NCBI GenBank assembly: GCA_030390025.1
Contig: CM059438.1
Coordinates: 53,570,001 to 53,634,000 of the forward strand
Reading direction: 5' to 3'
DNA length: 64,000 nucleotides
Source of the DNA: Squalus acanthias
Lineage: Eukaryota
Shown: piece after piece, positions 33,982 to 43,957 of the stretch
How positions within the stretch are numbered: the first letter of the stretch is position 1
Layout of the letters: the number at the start of each line of letters is the position of its first letter
Made by a program: the position numbers and the translations under genes
The notes under the pieces: generated by a model
What the model was told of the DNA's origin: nothing
Database searches by the model: none
What the model saw: only the letters and a program-made list of their open reading frames with translations

Positions 33982-35793
33982 TCATGGGGTACTATTAGAC
34001 GGTCCTGCGGCACCTACGGGGCCGGTTGCGACCGCCACCTGTCCACGCGCATTCAAGATTAGATTGCGCATGGCTCCTAACACTACTTCGAGGTCGTCAG
34101 GAGGGGTGGGTGCCTTAGCTTCCTTAGCCGGGACAGGCGCCTGGGCTCGGACCGCGGGATTTTTATCCTTGGAATCCTTCCAAGGGTTCCTGCAATGCTT
34201 GCGCCAGTGCCCTGTCTTCCCACACCCGTAACAAGCATTACCTGCCTGTGGGGCGCGATTACCCTCCTGATGCCACTCTCTTTGATACGGGGCTGCGGGT
34301 CGTACCTCATGTACTCTTCCCTTAAGGGGACGTGTTGCCATACCCCTTATATTGCGATATCCTAACGTGAGTCGATTCAAGACCGACTCTTCCGTAATGT
34401 TGGGGTCATTGGGATCAAACCATGCTTTTGCCTGCTCTCTGACGGCTGGTAAACTGTTGGCTATTATGCACCTAAGCCAATGAGTTAAAGCTAAGCCTTC
34501 CACATCTTCGCGCTCGGGCGCACCTAGACAGCTGCGCTCATATACTGGCCACAGCCTGTCGGCAAAAACCTTCGGGGGTTCTCCCTCCATCTGCACTGTC
34601 TGTCCCACTCTAGCAAACGGACCTTCGTCGTTCGCCCCCAACACTTCCAGGACCTCATTCTTTAATTCCTCATAACTCTTGGTTCCCCTCTTGCTCTCGC
34701 CTGAGAGACACTGAAGGACCGAGCTGTCTAATGAGAACAGCAGCATTTTTGCTGTTTCCCCATCATCGCAGCCGTTAATGGCTGCGGCTTGCTCAACTTC
34801 TCTGAAATGTACGGAAGGGTCGTCTGACTCGGTCAGCTTCCGTACGTGATTTATCATAGCTCTCAGCTGATGTGAACTGTGAGGCAACACCAGCTGTCCG
34901 AGGAGATCCCCCGGTTCTTCCCCACCGTTTCTGCTTGGGCCCCTTTTAATGCCCGTTACTGGATACAACGGTCCCTTTCCTACTTCTTTTTCAATGGGCT
35001 CTTTTGTTTCTTCCATTGCTTCCTCCCTAACCCAGGTTTCCGAATAGCTGGGTGGCGCGGAGGGCGCAGTGGCTACTACTTCTTCTGCTTTACTTGGTGG
35101 GGATTTTTTAAATTTCTCACTTACTAGCGGCTGGTGTGCTGACGGACTGATAAGGCACACCATGCCGTGCGCTTTGTTCACGGCCTTTTTGAGGTGCTCT
35201 ATCTCTTTTTGGCAGGCGCTATGATCGGCTCCCTGAAACTTATCCTCAAGGGCCAACTTATATGCCGCCCTAACCCCCGTTAAGCTCTCTTCTTGAGTTC
35301 TTATCTGGGCAGCTTGGCGGGCACATCTTTCCTTTAACCTGCTCTCATTTAACTTTGCCTCAGTGACCTGGCACTCGAGGTAATCTATCCTTGTTTTATG
35401 GTGACTGGAGATTTCCTGGCGTTCTTGGTGCAACGCACTTAAATTCCTAATGAGCAACTCCCCTCCAGAGACCTTCTCATCCATTTCCTCCTCTAAATGC
35501 CTGATCCGAGCTGTTTGCGCTGTAATGACTTGGTTTGAAATCTGGACCTGCCTTTTGTAACACATTAACCAGACAGCTTTTTCGAGTGTCTTTTTATGTT
35601 CCTTACTATCTGTCCACCTTTCGGCTGCCTCTAGTGGACTCTTATCCGCTAACAATTCACTTATCCATTTCTTAGTTAGATTAACCTTTCCAAACACATA
35701 ATCTGCTATCTTTTCCTGCATAACATTTCGTACAGTCATTCCAAAGTCTAACACACTACCCTCTCGCTGCCAGTGTCCTGCCGCGGTCGCCAT
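33982..35793 (-). CDS. gag: gag of B copy 2
   Basis: 603-aa ORF matching copy 1. Confidence 0.92.
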   Translation of the reverse strand: MATAAGHWQREGSVLDFGMTVRNVMQEKIADYVFGKVNLTKKWISELLADKSPLEAAERWTDSKEHKKTLEKAVWLMCYKRQVQISNQVITAQTARIRHLEEEMDEKVSGGELLIRNLSALHQERQEISSHHKTRIDYLECQVTEAKLNESRLKERCARQAAQIRTQEESLTGVRAAYKLALEDKFQGADHSACQKEIEHLKKAVNKAHGMVCLISPSAHQPLVSEKFKKSPPSKAEEVVATAPSAPPSYSETWVREEAMEETKEPIEKEVGKGPLYPVTGIKRGPSRNGGEEPGDLLGQLVLPHSSHQLRAMINHVRKLTESDDPSVHFREVEQAAAINGCDDGETAKMLLFSLDSSVLQCLSGESKRGTKSYEELKNEVLEVLGANDEGPFARVGQTVQMEGEPPKVFADRLWPVYERSCLGAPEREDVEGLALTHWLRCIIANSLPAVREQAKAWFDPNDPNITEESVLNRLTLGYRNIRGMATRPLKGRVHEVRPAAPYQREWHQEGNRAPQAGNACYGCGKTGHWRKHCRNPWKDSKDKNPAVRAQAPVPAKEAKAPTPPDDLEVVLGAMRNLILNARGQVAVATGPVGAAGPSNSTP

Positions 35794-35797
35794 TTTC

Positions 35798-37409
35798 TGT
35801 AAGGGATTCTGACCCTGCGTGTCTCGCGGCCTGTGAGATTCACGCGGCTCTGTGCAGCCTGTATGTCAGTGCGGGTCTAGGCCTTGTTGCCTGTTCTGGT
35901 CTCCAGCCAGTCTGGGAACACTAGACACACCTGTGAGTGGTTCGAATCACTCGCCCTTACGGTTCTAGACACTGGACTTAGATGCGAGAGCAGTAATGGA
36001 GATGAAACTCATGTAGACTCGGTTTGAATGGTACGAAATGGAAAATCTTTATTGCATGATACTTAAGATTATGAAATACATGTCATAAGCACAGATTAAT
36101 GACAGTACAATCTTACAAACAGTTATATAGTCGATCTTAGGGAAACGAGGAACGAACGGCACATAGTAAATAGGGGCACACATTACAAATATCCTTAATC
36201 CTTAAACCCTCCCCTATCAATATCTATCCTAAACTAGATTCGTAGGATTTCGAGACTCATGCTCACCACTCGTGATAACTCGGAGAAATTCCGAATAGCT
36301 GATCGGATGTTTTTCACCGCAGCACCCACGTGTCGGTCAGGAGATCTCCTGGTCCCACTTGTTTACTTGCTTCTGCTGCTCCGGCTAGCAGGCTGGAACG
36401 TCTGCTGTGATGAAGATCTGTATTGGTGGTTTTCACATTCCAGTTAATATCATCGATGCGATATGTTTCGTTGCAAGTTCGAAGAAGTCTTCCTGGCAAG
36501 GAAAACTTGGCTAATCGACCTACAGGCGCGGTCGGGATTTACTGACCGTGGCGATGGATATGGTCTTCCTCTCTTCTCATCTCATCTCATCTCATCTCGG
36601 GCCTTTGGTTCCGATACCGGTTACCAATATAGGTCTTCGTTACGCGACACGAGGTAGATCCGAACGGATCAGAAAGTTCAACAGACCTTTTTCAAAAGAG
36701 GCAACAGGCAAACAGGAGCGAGCCCAACTACGAGTACACAGGAGCAGCCACGATGATAAGAGTCGATCGGATAAGAGAAAGATGGACGGTTTGGAGCCTG
36801 CAATTATAGTGCAAAATCTTCCGTTTCCCGCCCAACTATAATGTCCATTCTTTTGTTTAGGGTCTGGCGCTCAAATGTCTTGTATGGGTGATCTCCGTTC
36901 TTAATGGGTTTCGGGGCTACTCGTAAATGTCTGAGTACCTGTTAATATTTCTCCCATTGTTAAATCGGTCGGTGTTCTCCCTGGAGGGGTTTTGGGGCTT
37001 CCAAGTGTCCTGTATAACTACCTGCTAACGGCTCTCTCATCGTAGAGTCGTTGGGATTTTACATATTAATGTCTTTTGGATGGGCCCTTGATTACTCGGT
37101 ACAATGGCTTTCCTTTGTACCTGGGAGACCGATTTCAGTATTTATGTGTATACTGCAAACCCATAATGTCTCGTGTATTATCTTCACTGTGCTGAATCTT
37201 AATCGATCTTACACAAATGTTTATTGGAACGCCATCTTGTCTGCCTGTTGAAAAGTCTAGAATGTTCTGTCACGAGGTGCGGCGGCCATTTTACAGGCTG
37301 CTTGTGTCCACTTTAAACCTGTCAGCATTCTGCTGAAATAAAAGCTGTTTGAACGAAACTCTGTGTTTTCTCCTTATTAATAAAATCGCGATATATTGCG
37401 AATTCTACA
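35798..37409 (-). repeat. Third LTR of the B array
   Basis: Matches the other two B LTRs; again preceded by a PPT and env 3' sequence. Confidence 0.95.
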
Positions 37410-37864
37410 GTCCCTCCTGTTGATGCGAAATAACTCCCGCTTATCGTATCAAAAATCATAGTGGTGAGCAATATTATCTCGATTTCTCTCTCCGAATCCA
37501 GCAAATTAATCCCCATAACTTTACCTAGCTAGGGTCTCTGTGTCGTCCTTGTTTCCCAAGAAAATTACATTTTATATCACCGTGGGCCTTTATTTGCCCT
37601 TAAACTTACACCACTTGTTTCCTTCCCCGGCGTAACCAGGCCGATGCCTCTCGTATCACCTGTATATTCATCTTGTATTCAGGGAAAGGAAAAACAAAAC
37701 CCAAACCAAACAATCATTTTTAACTGTAACACCATCACCAAAATAATCAACACCAACTCTTAAAACATGTCGAGTTCCCAACGTATTTACAAACTCTGAA
37801 AATCATGATTGAGTACAAACTTCCGCGGCGCACGTGGCGAGCGGGAGTGACGCCATTTTCCCGA

Positions 37865-38182
37865 TCACACGGTGCTTTCATCGTGCACCGCGCACGTAAC
37901 GTTCTCGCCACTCTCCCGTGTTTTCATGCTTGGTGAGGCGCTTGTCTCTTTTACAATGTACGACCAATAGGTACACTACAATGAAAACTTGGCATACGAC
38001 TAAAATGTGGGAGGCTATTCTGATCCATGAAGGGCACTTCTATATTTTGTGAACAGATTCCACCACGGTGGAACTACTATATTCCAAATGGTCTGTTCCT
38101 ATTTTCGACAGTTTTTGCTTCTCTATATGTGTAAAAATGTTTCTGTGACACCGCTGACGGCTTTTAAAAGTTGGTGAGTGTT
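37865..38182 (-). pseudogene. env: 3' end of env from a third B copy, indel-rich and cut by the assembly gap
   Basis: Matches 15767-16080 with many single-base indels next to the Ns. Confidence 0.8.
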
Positions 38183-38682
38183 NNNNNNNNNNNNNNNNNN
38201 NNNNNNNNNNNNNNNNNNNNNNNNNNNNNNNNNNNNNNNNNNNNNNNNNNNNNNNNNNNNNNNNNNNNNNNNNNNNNNNNNNNNNNNNNNNNNNNNNNNN
38301 NNNNNNNNNNNNNNNNNNNNNNNNNNNNNNNNNNNNNNNNNNNNNNNNNNNNNNNNNNNNNNNNNNNNNNNNNNNNNNNNNNNNNNNNNNNNNNNNNNNN
38401 NNNNNNNNNNNNNNNNNNNNNNNNNNNNNNNNNNNNNNNNNNNNNNNNNNNNNNNNNNNNNNNNNNNNNNNNNNNNNNNNNNNNNNNNNNNNNNNNNNNN
38501 NNNNNNNNNNNNNNNNNNNNNNNNNNNNNNNNNNNNNNNNNNNNNNNNNNNNNNNNNNNNNNNNNNNNNNNNNNNNNNNNNNNNNNNNNNNNNNNNNNNN
38601 NNNNNNNNNNNNNNNNNNNNNNNNNNNNNNNNNNNNNNNNNNNNNNNNNNNNNNNNNNNNNNNNNNNNNNNNNNNNNNNNNN
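38183..38682. other. Assembly gap (500 N)
   Basis: Run of exactly 500 N, probably a placeholder of unknown true size. Confidence 0.99.
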
Positions 38683-40870
38683 GCAAAATTTGGCACTACA
38701 GGTGCCATTTCAGTTCCAAAATGGACGCCATCTTGGGTAAGGCAGTCAGCGCAGGTGCAGGGAGCGTGCGCTGGAAGTATGCAGAGTAGGCAGATCGTAA
38801 CGTCAATCAGCGAGTAATGCTGAATTGGCGCCAGCGCTGCCATTTTGGAGCTCAACGGTCCAGCTACTGCCCTCTCTTAAACACGCACAGCCGAACACGT
38901 GTTCAGCAGCAGGAAGGACCCCCCCCTCCACCAGCGCTATTTAAAAGGATCATCACCTGCTTACAGGTTAGTTGCTGATGGATTTCTACTGGCTGTTGCT
39001 GAGTTTGTAGAAGTGTTTGGTGGTTCGTACAGTTATTTAAAGTTGCTGAAGTAGTGTGGCAGGTGCTGGAGGATTTCAAAGATTCTGCACAGACCACTTC
39101 CTTCAAGATATGGGTGCAGTAGTAGGCATTCCACTTGGCCTACAGCATGACAGGGAGAATAAGCAGAGGCGACACAGGGCAGGACAAGCTGCTGAAAGAG
39201 TGAGGAGGAGGGGGAGAAGGCTCTCAGCTGGAGGCCATATCTGCCCAGGGTGTTCAGGGAGCAATTCTCCTACCTGAACTTCAGCGAGGAACACTGTGTG
39301 AGACGTCTGCGCTTCTCCAAGGACGCCCTCACTGAAACCTGCCACCAGCTGCAGCCATAACTGCAACCTCAGAGCAGGGCGAGGACCGCATTGCCAGTGG
39401 CTGTGAAGGTCATGGTGGCCATCAACTTTTATGCATTGGGCTCCTTCCAGGCTGGAGCTGGAGATATTTGCAACATCTCCCAGTTTGCCATCCACTGTTG
39501 CATAACAGAGGTAACTGAGGCTCTGTATTCCAAGAAAGTTGAATACATTTCCACTCTCTGGCCAGAGAGCAGCAGGCGGAGCGAGCACGCAACTTCGTGA
39601 GGATTGCAGGCTTCCCCATGGTGCAGGGTGTGATTGACTGCATGCACGTCACTTTGCGGGTGCTGCATGTGAACTCTGGGATATAATGCAACCGAAATGT
39701 CCAGCTGGTGTGAGACCGTAGGCAGCGAATCCTGCAGGCCAATGCTCGGTATCCTGGCAGCAGTCATGATGCCTTCATTCTCCGCCAGTCCGCTGTCCCA
39801 TCTGCATTGGAGCCACCACAACAAACCAGAGGGTGGCTACTGGGCGACAAGGGCTATCCGTTAACAACATGACTCATGACTCCGGTGCGCAAATCATGCA
39901 CATGTGGGCAGCATCCATACAACGAAAGCCATGGTGCCACATGAAATATAATCGAGCATACCATTGGCATGCTGAAGCATTGCTTCCGCTGCCTGGACTG
40001 CTCTGGAGGAGCCCTGCAGAACTTGGCAGAGCGAGTGTCGAGATTCGTGCTGGTCTGCTGCATGCTGCACAACCTCGCCATCATGAGGGCGCAGCCCTTG
40101 CCACCAACGATACGGTGAGCAGAGGAGGAGGAGGAGGTAACTCAGACAGCCCCTTTCCGGCCGGGCTGTCCATCCGGCTGTGATACCAGTAAACTCAACC
40201 CCAATTCCATATTACCAATAGTCCCACAACTTGCCTTCCCTTTGTTACTGACCATCACAGCATCCACTTGGCCACAATGCAAAAATAATAGCCAATACAA
40301 TATAAACATTCCAAACCAAATTTATAAATCAAACCATGCCATATTGCATACAAACGTCAACTAATCACCCTCGTGCATTCCCTTAGTGCCTGTCTTCTGT
40401 GTGCCTTTGTCTGTCCTAGTGCTCCTGCGCAGTGCTACCCCAGTGACTGCAGCATAGCTGGTGGAAGGCTGCTAACTTTCAGTGGGGGGACATTGTAAAT
40501 GACCTCAACAGCTCTGGGCCTAGACGGCCCGGCTACGGACTGCACCACCTCGGCATGGGCGGCAGCAGTCTGGGCTGGCTGGCTGACAGGCAACAGCAAG
40601 GGCACTGGCGGAGTGCCAGGAGTGGGAGGACGAATGCTGTCATCCTGTGAGAGCAGGTTCTTGCTCCACGGAACCACTGCAACTCCCCCGGGGCGGCACC
40701 TCAGCGTTCAGCCACTCAAAAGCGTGTTTAGCGCTGGGCTGCATGCTGCAATCATTATAATAAGCAGGCGGCACAAAGTTTCCGTGCTGCCTTTATCGGA
40801 AGCAACGGGCATGAGTTAATCGCGCATCGCGATCCCTGTGCCCCTTTTCGGGCCTTGTCCAATTTTGCCC
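38683..40870 (+). mobile_element. Decayed PIF/Harbinger DNA transposon
   Basis: Disrupted transposase at ~39109-40190 (ALPVAVKV..FYALGSFQ, GVIDCMHV, YPGSSHDAFIL, WLLGDKGYP); termini GCAAAATTTGG and CCAATTTTGCCC. Confidence 0.85.
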
Positions 40871-41985
40871 CCATTGTCTTCGGTCCCTGCCACAAACTCC
40901 ATTCCCGAGCCGCCGACTCCATCTCTCTCCCTGGCAACTGTCTGAGGCTGAACCAGATTGTTCCAAACCTTTGTGTCCTATTTGACCCTGAGCTGAGCTT
41001 CTGACCACATATCCATTCCATCACTAAGACTGCCTACTTCCATCTCCGTAACACTGCCCGACTCCATCCCTGCCTCAGCTCATCTGCTGCTCAAACCCTC
41101 ACCCATGCCTTTGTTACCTCCAGACATTATTATTAAAAAGTTCTCCTGGCCGGCCTCCCACGTTGCACCATCCGTGAACTTGAGCTCATCCAAAACTCTG
41201 CTGCCTGTATCCTATACCCGCACCCATCACCCCTGTGCTGCCTGTATCCTATACCCGCACCAATCACCCCTGTGCTGCCTGTATCCTATACCCGCACCAA
41301 TCACCCCTCTGCCGCCTGTATCCTATACCCGCACCAATCACCCCTCTGCCGCCTGTATCCTATACCCGCACCAATCACCCCTGTGCCGCCTGTATCCTAT
41401 ACCCGCACCAATCACCCCTGTGCTGCCTGTATCCTATACCCGCACCAATCACCCCTCTGCCGCCTGTATCCTATACCCGCACCAATCACCCCTCTGCCGC
41501 CTGTATCCTATACCCGCACCAATCACCCCTCTGCTGCCTGTATCCTATACCCGCACCAATCACCCCTGTGCTGCCTGTATCCTATACCCGCACCAATCAC
41601 CCCTCTGCCGCCTGTATCCTATACCCGCACCAATCACCTCTGTGCTGCCTGTATCCTATACCCGCACCAATCACCCCTCTGCTTGCTGTATCCTATACCC
41701 GCACCAATCACCCCTGTGCTGCCTGTATCCTATACCCACACCAATCACCCCTCTGCTGCCTGTATCCTATACCCGCACCCATCACCCCTCTGCTGTCTGT
41801 ATCCTATACCCACACCCATCACCCCTCTGCTGCCTGTATCCCATACCCGCACCCATCACCCCTGTGCTTGCTGACCTACATTGGCTCCCAGTCCGGCAAC
41901 ACCTCGATTTTAAAATTCTCATCCTTGTGTTTAAATTCCTCCATGGCCTCGCCCCTCCCTATCTCTGTAACCTCCTCCAGCCCTA
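40871..41985 (+). mobile_element. L2 LINE 3' fragment with an internal minisatellite
   Basis: IVFGPCHKL and ITPVLADLHWLPVRQHLDFKILILVFKFLHGLAPPYL, typical of the L2 ORF2 C-terminus. Confidence 0.82.
41198..41868. repeat. 37-bp minisatellite (CTGCTGCCTGTATCCTATACCCGCACCAATCACCCCT), ~18 copies
   Basis: Direct tandem repetition. Confidence 0.95.
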
Positions 41986-42175
41986 CAACAATAACAACTT
42001 CCATTTATATAGCGCCTTTAACATGGAAAAATGTCCCATTGCGCTTCACAGGAGCGTTATCAGAGGGAGGAGGTTTCTCACAGAAACGTCTCTGCTTGAA
42101 GAAAGAAGCGATCACATTTCAGAATTAGACAGCACTAACTTTACTCCAAAACAAACTCTTATCCTAGTACTGTAC

Positions 42176-42267
42176 CTCTCGACACAAGAATCATCCTGGT
42201 CTCCTCACCACCATGATCACTGCTCCACTTCTGCTCCACAGGTCTCCTGCCTTTAATGTCCTTTCCT
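42176..42267 (-). CDS. prxl2a: Selenoprotein U / PRXL2A coding exon 2 (92 nt) with in-frame TGA (Sec)
   Basis: tttttctag|AG...GAG|gtacag; translates (E)ERTLKAGDLWSRSGAVIMVVRRPG-U-FLCRE; TGA at 42191-42193; phase fits the upstream exon. Confidence 0.93.
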
Positions 42268-42479
42268 CTAGAAAAATATCAAGTGAGATTAAATCAATTT
42301 GAATTATTGAACAGTGGTGTGTAGTGAATACAGTAAACCTGTACATTGCTAAATGCTCACTCATTTTAGCTCCAATTATGCATTATAAGTTTGCCCATAA
42401 GTAATTAATCGGTAATTACTCGGTTTAACTGACCTTAGACTAACTGGTCTAATGAATCTATATTTTGGTTAGGCCAACT

Positions 42480-43815
42480 TTAACAGGATGAGACAAAGAC
42501 TGACCACAGCAAACTGGTTAAAACTGTTATCGGGTAAAACTACAGATGAACAGGGGGAGGTGTTCAAAAGAGAATTTAGCTCAATCCGGGACCAATATAT
42601 ACCCTTCAGGGACAAGAGCTCTACTTACCAAATAAAACAGCTGTGGTCGACAAAAGAGGTGAGAGATAAGACAAAACTAAAGGAAGGGACACACAAAAGT
42701 GCAAAGAATAATATCGATCCAGAGGACTGGGAGAGATATAAAGAACAGCAAAGGATGACTAAAAAGATAGTGAGAGCTGCAAAAAGGGAAATACAAAAAG
42801 AAACTTGCGAGGGATAGCAAGATTAACACAAAAAGGTTTTACAAATAAAGGTAGTCGAGGGTAATGTGGGCCCTTTAAAAACAGATGTGGGTAATGTTGC
42901 TGATGAAAATAAGGAAATTGCAGACTTGTTGAATAATAACTTTGTGTCAGTCTTCACAGTAAAGGAAGAGGATAATATACCTGACATTCCAGATTAAGTG
43001 AGTGGGCAAAACTGTGGCAAATGGAATTTCAACACAGGCAAGCACGAGGTCATTCATTTTGGAGCAAAAAGGGTTCGATCTGAGTATGTTTTAAATGGTG
43101 AAAAGCTGGGAACAGTGGCGGTCTGAAGAGATTTAGGGGTCTATGTACAAAGATCACTAAAATGCAGTAGTCAGTCAGGTACAAATAATAATTAAGAAGG
43201 CTAATGGAATGTTATCCTTTATAACTAGAGGGCTAGAATGTAAAGGGGCGGGAGTTTTGCTACAGCGATACAAAGCCCTGGTTAGACCACATCTGGAGCA
43301 CTGTGGACAGTGCTGGGCACCGCACCTTAGAAAGCATATATTGGCCTTGGAAGTGCAGCGCAGATTTACCAGGGCTCCAAGGGTTAAATTATGAGGAGCG
43401 ATTACATAAACTAGGCTTGTATTCCCTGGAACAGAGAAGGTTAAGGGATGATTTAATTGAGGTTTTTAGGATTTTGAAAAGAATTGATATGGTAAATAGA
43501 GAGAAGCTTTTTCCACTGGTGGGGGAGTCTAGGACAAGGGGACATAACCTTAAATCAGAGCCAGGCCATTCAGGAGAGAAGTTAGGAAACACTTCTAAAC
43601 GCAAAGGATGGTAGATTTGCGGAACTCTCTCCTTAAAAAATAAAGCAGTAGATGCGAGCTCAATTAATAATTTTAAATTTGAGATTGATAGATTTTTGCT
43701 AGCCAAGAGTATTAAGGGTTACAGAACCAAGGCGGGTAGATGGAATTAAGATACAGATCAGCCAGGATCTCATTGAATGGCAGAACAGCCTCGAACGGCT
43801 TCCTCCTGCTCCTAT
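42480..43815 (+). mobile_element. CR1 LINE ORF2 fragments and 3' end
   Basis: KALVRPHLEHC, YEERLHKLGLYSLEQRRLRDDLIEVF, SRTRGHNLK; many disablements. Confidence 0.85.
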
Positions 43816-43957
43816 CTTCAATAGTTACCCAATTTAACTGATATTACAGATACTGAGATCTTTAACAGGTGGAAGTTCAGATAGAAAAAGCTATTAAAAA
43901 AGGTAAACGAGATTCTGAGTCATTGAATATAAAATAAGGAGGTGATGTTGAATTAGT

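Larger units (their letters stand above)
13704..38182 (-). mobile_element. Head-to-tail tandem array of endogenous retrovirus element B (unit 11,047 bp; LTR-gag-pol-env-LTR with shared LTRs)
   Basis: Every ORF recurs at +11,047; three LTRs; the third internal copy runs into the N gap. Confidence 0.95.

Noticed and set aside
37410..38182. Older, diverged third provirus
   Set aside because: Differences are mostly single-base indels that increase toward the contig end, typical of low-coverage consensus.
38040..38855. ORFs spanning the N run
   Set aside because: Artefacts of the gap.
39109..40190. Domesticated HARBI1 gene
   Set aside because: Multiple stops and frameshifts plus TIR-like ends indicate a decayed transposon.
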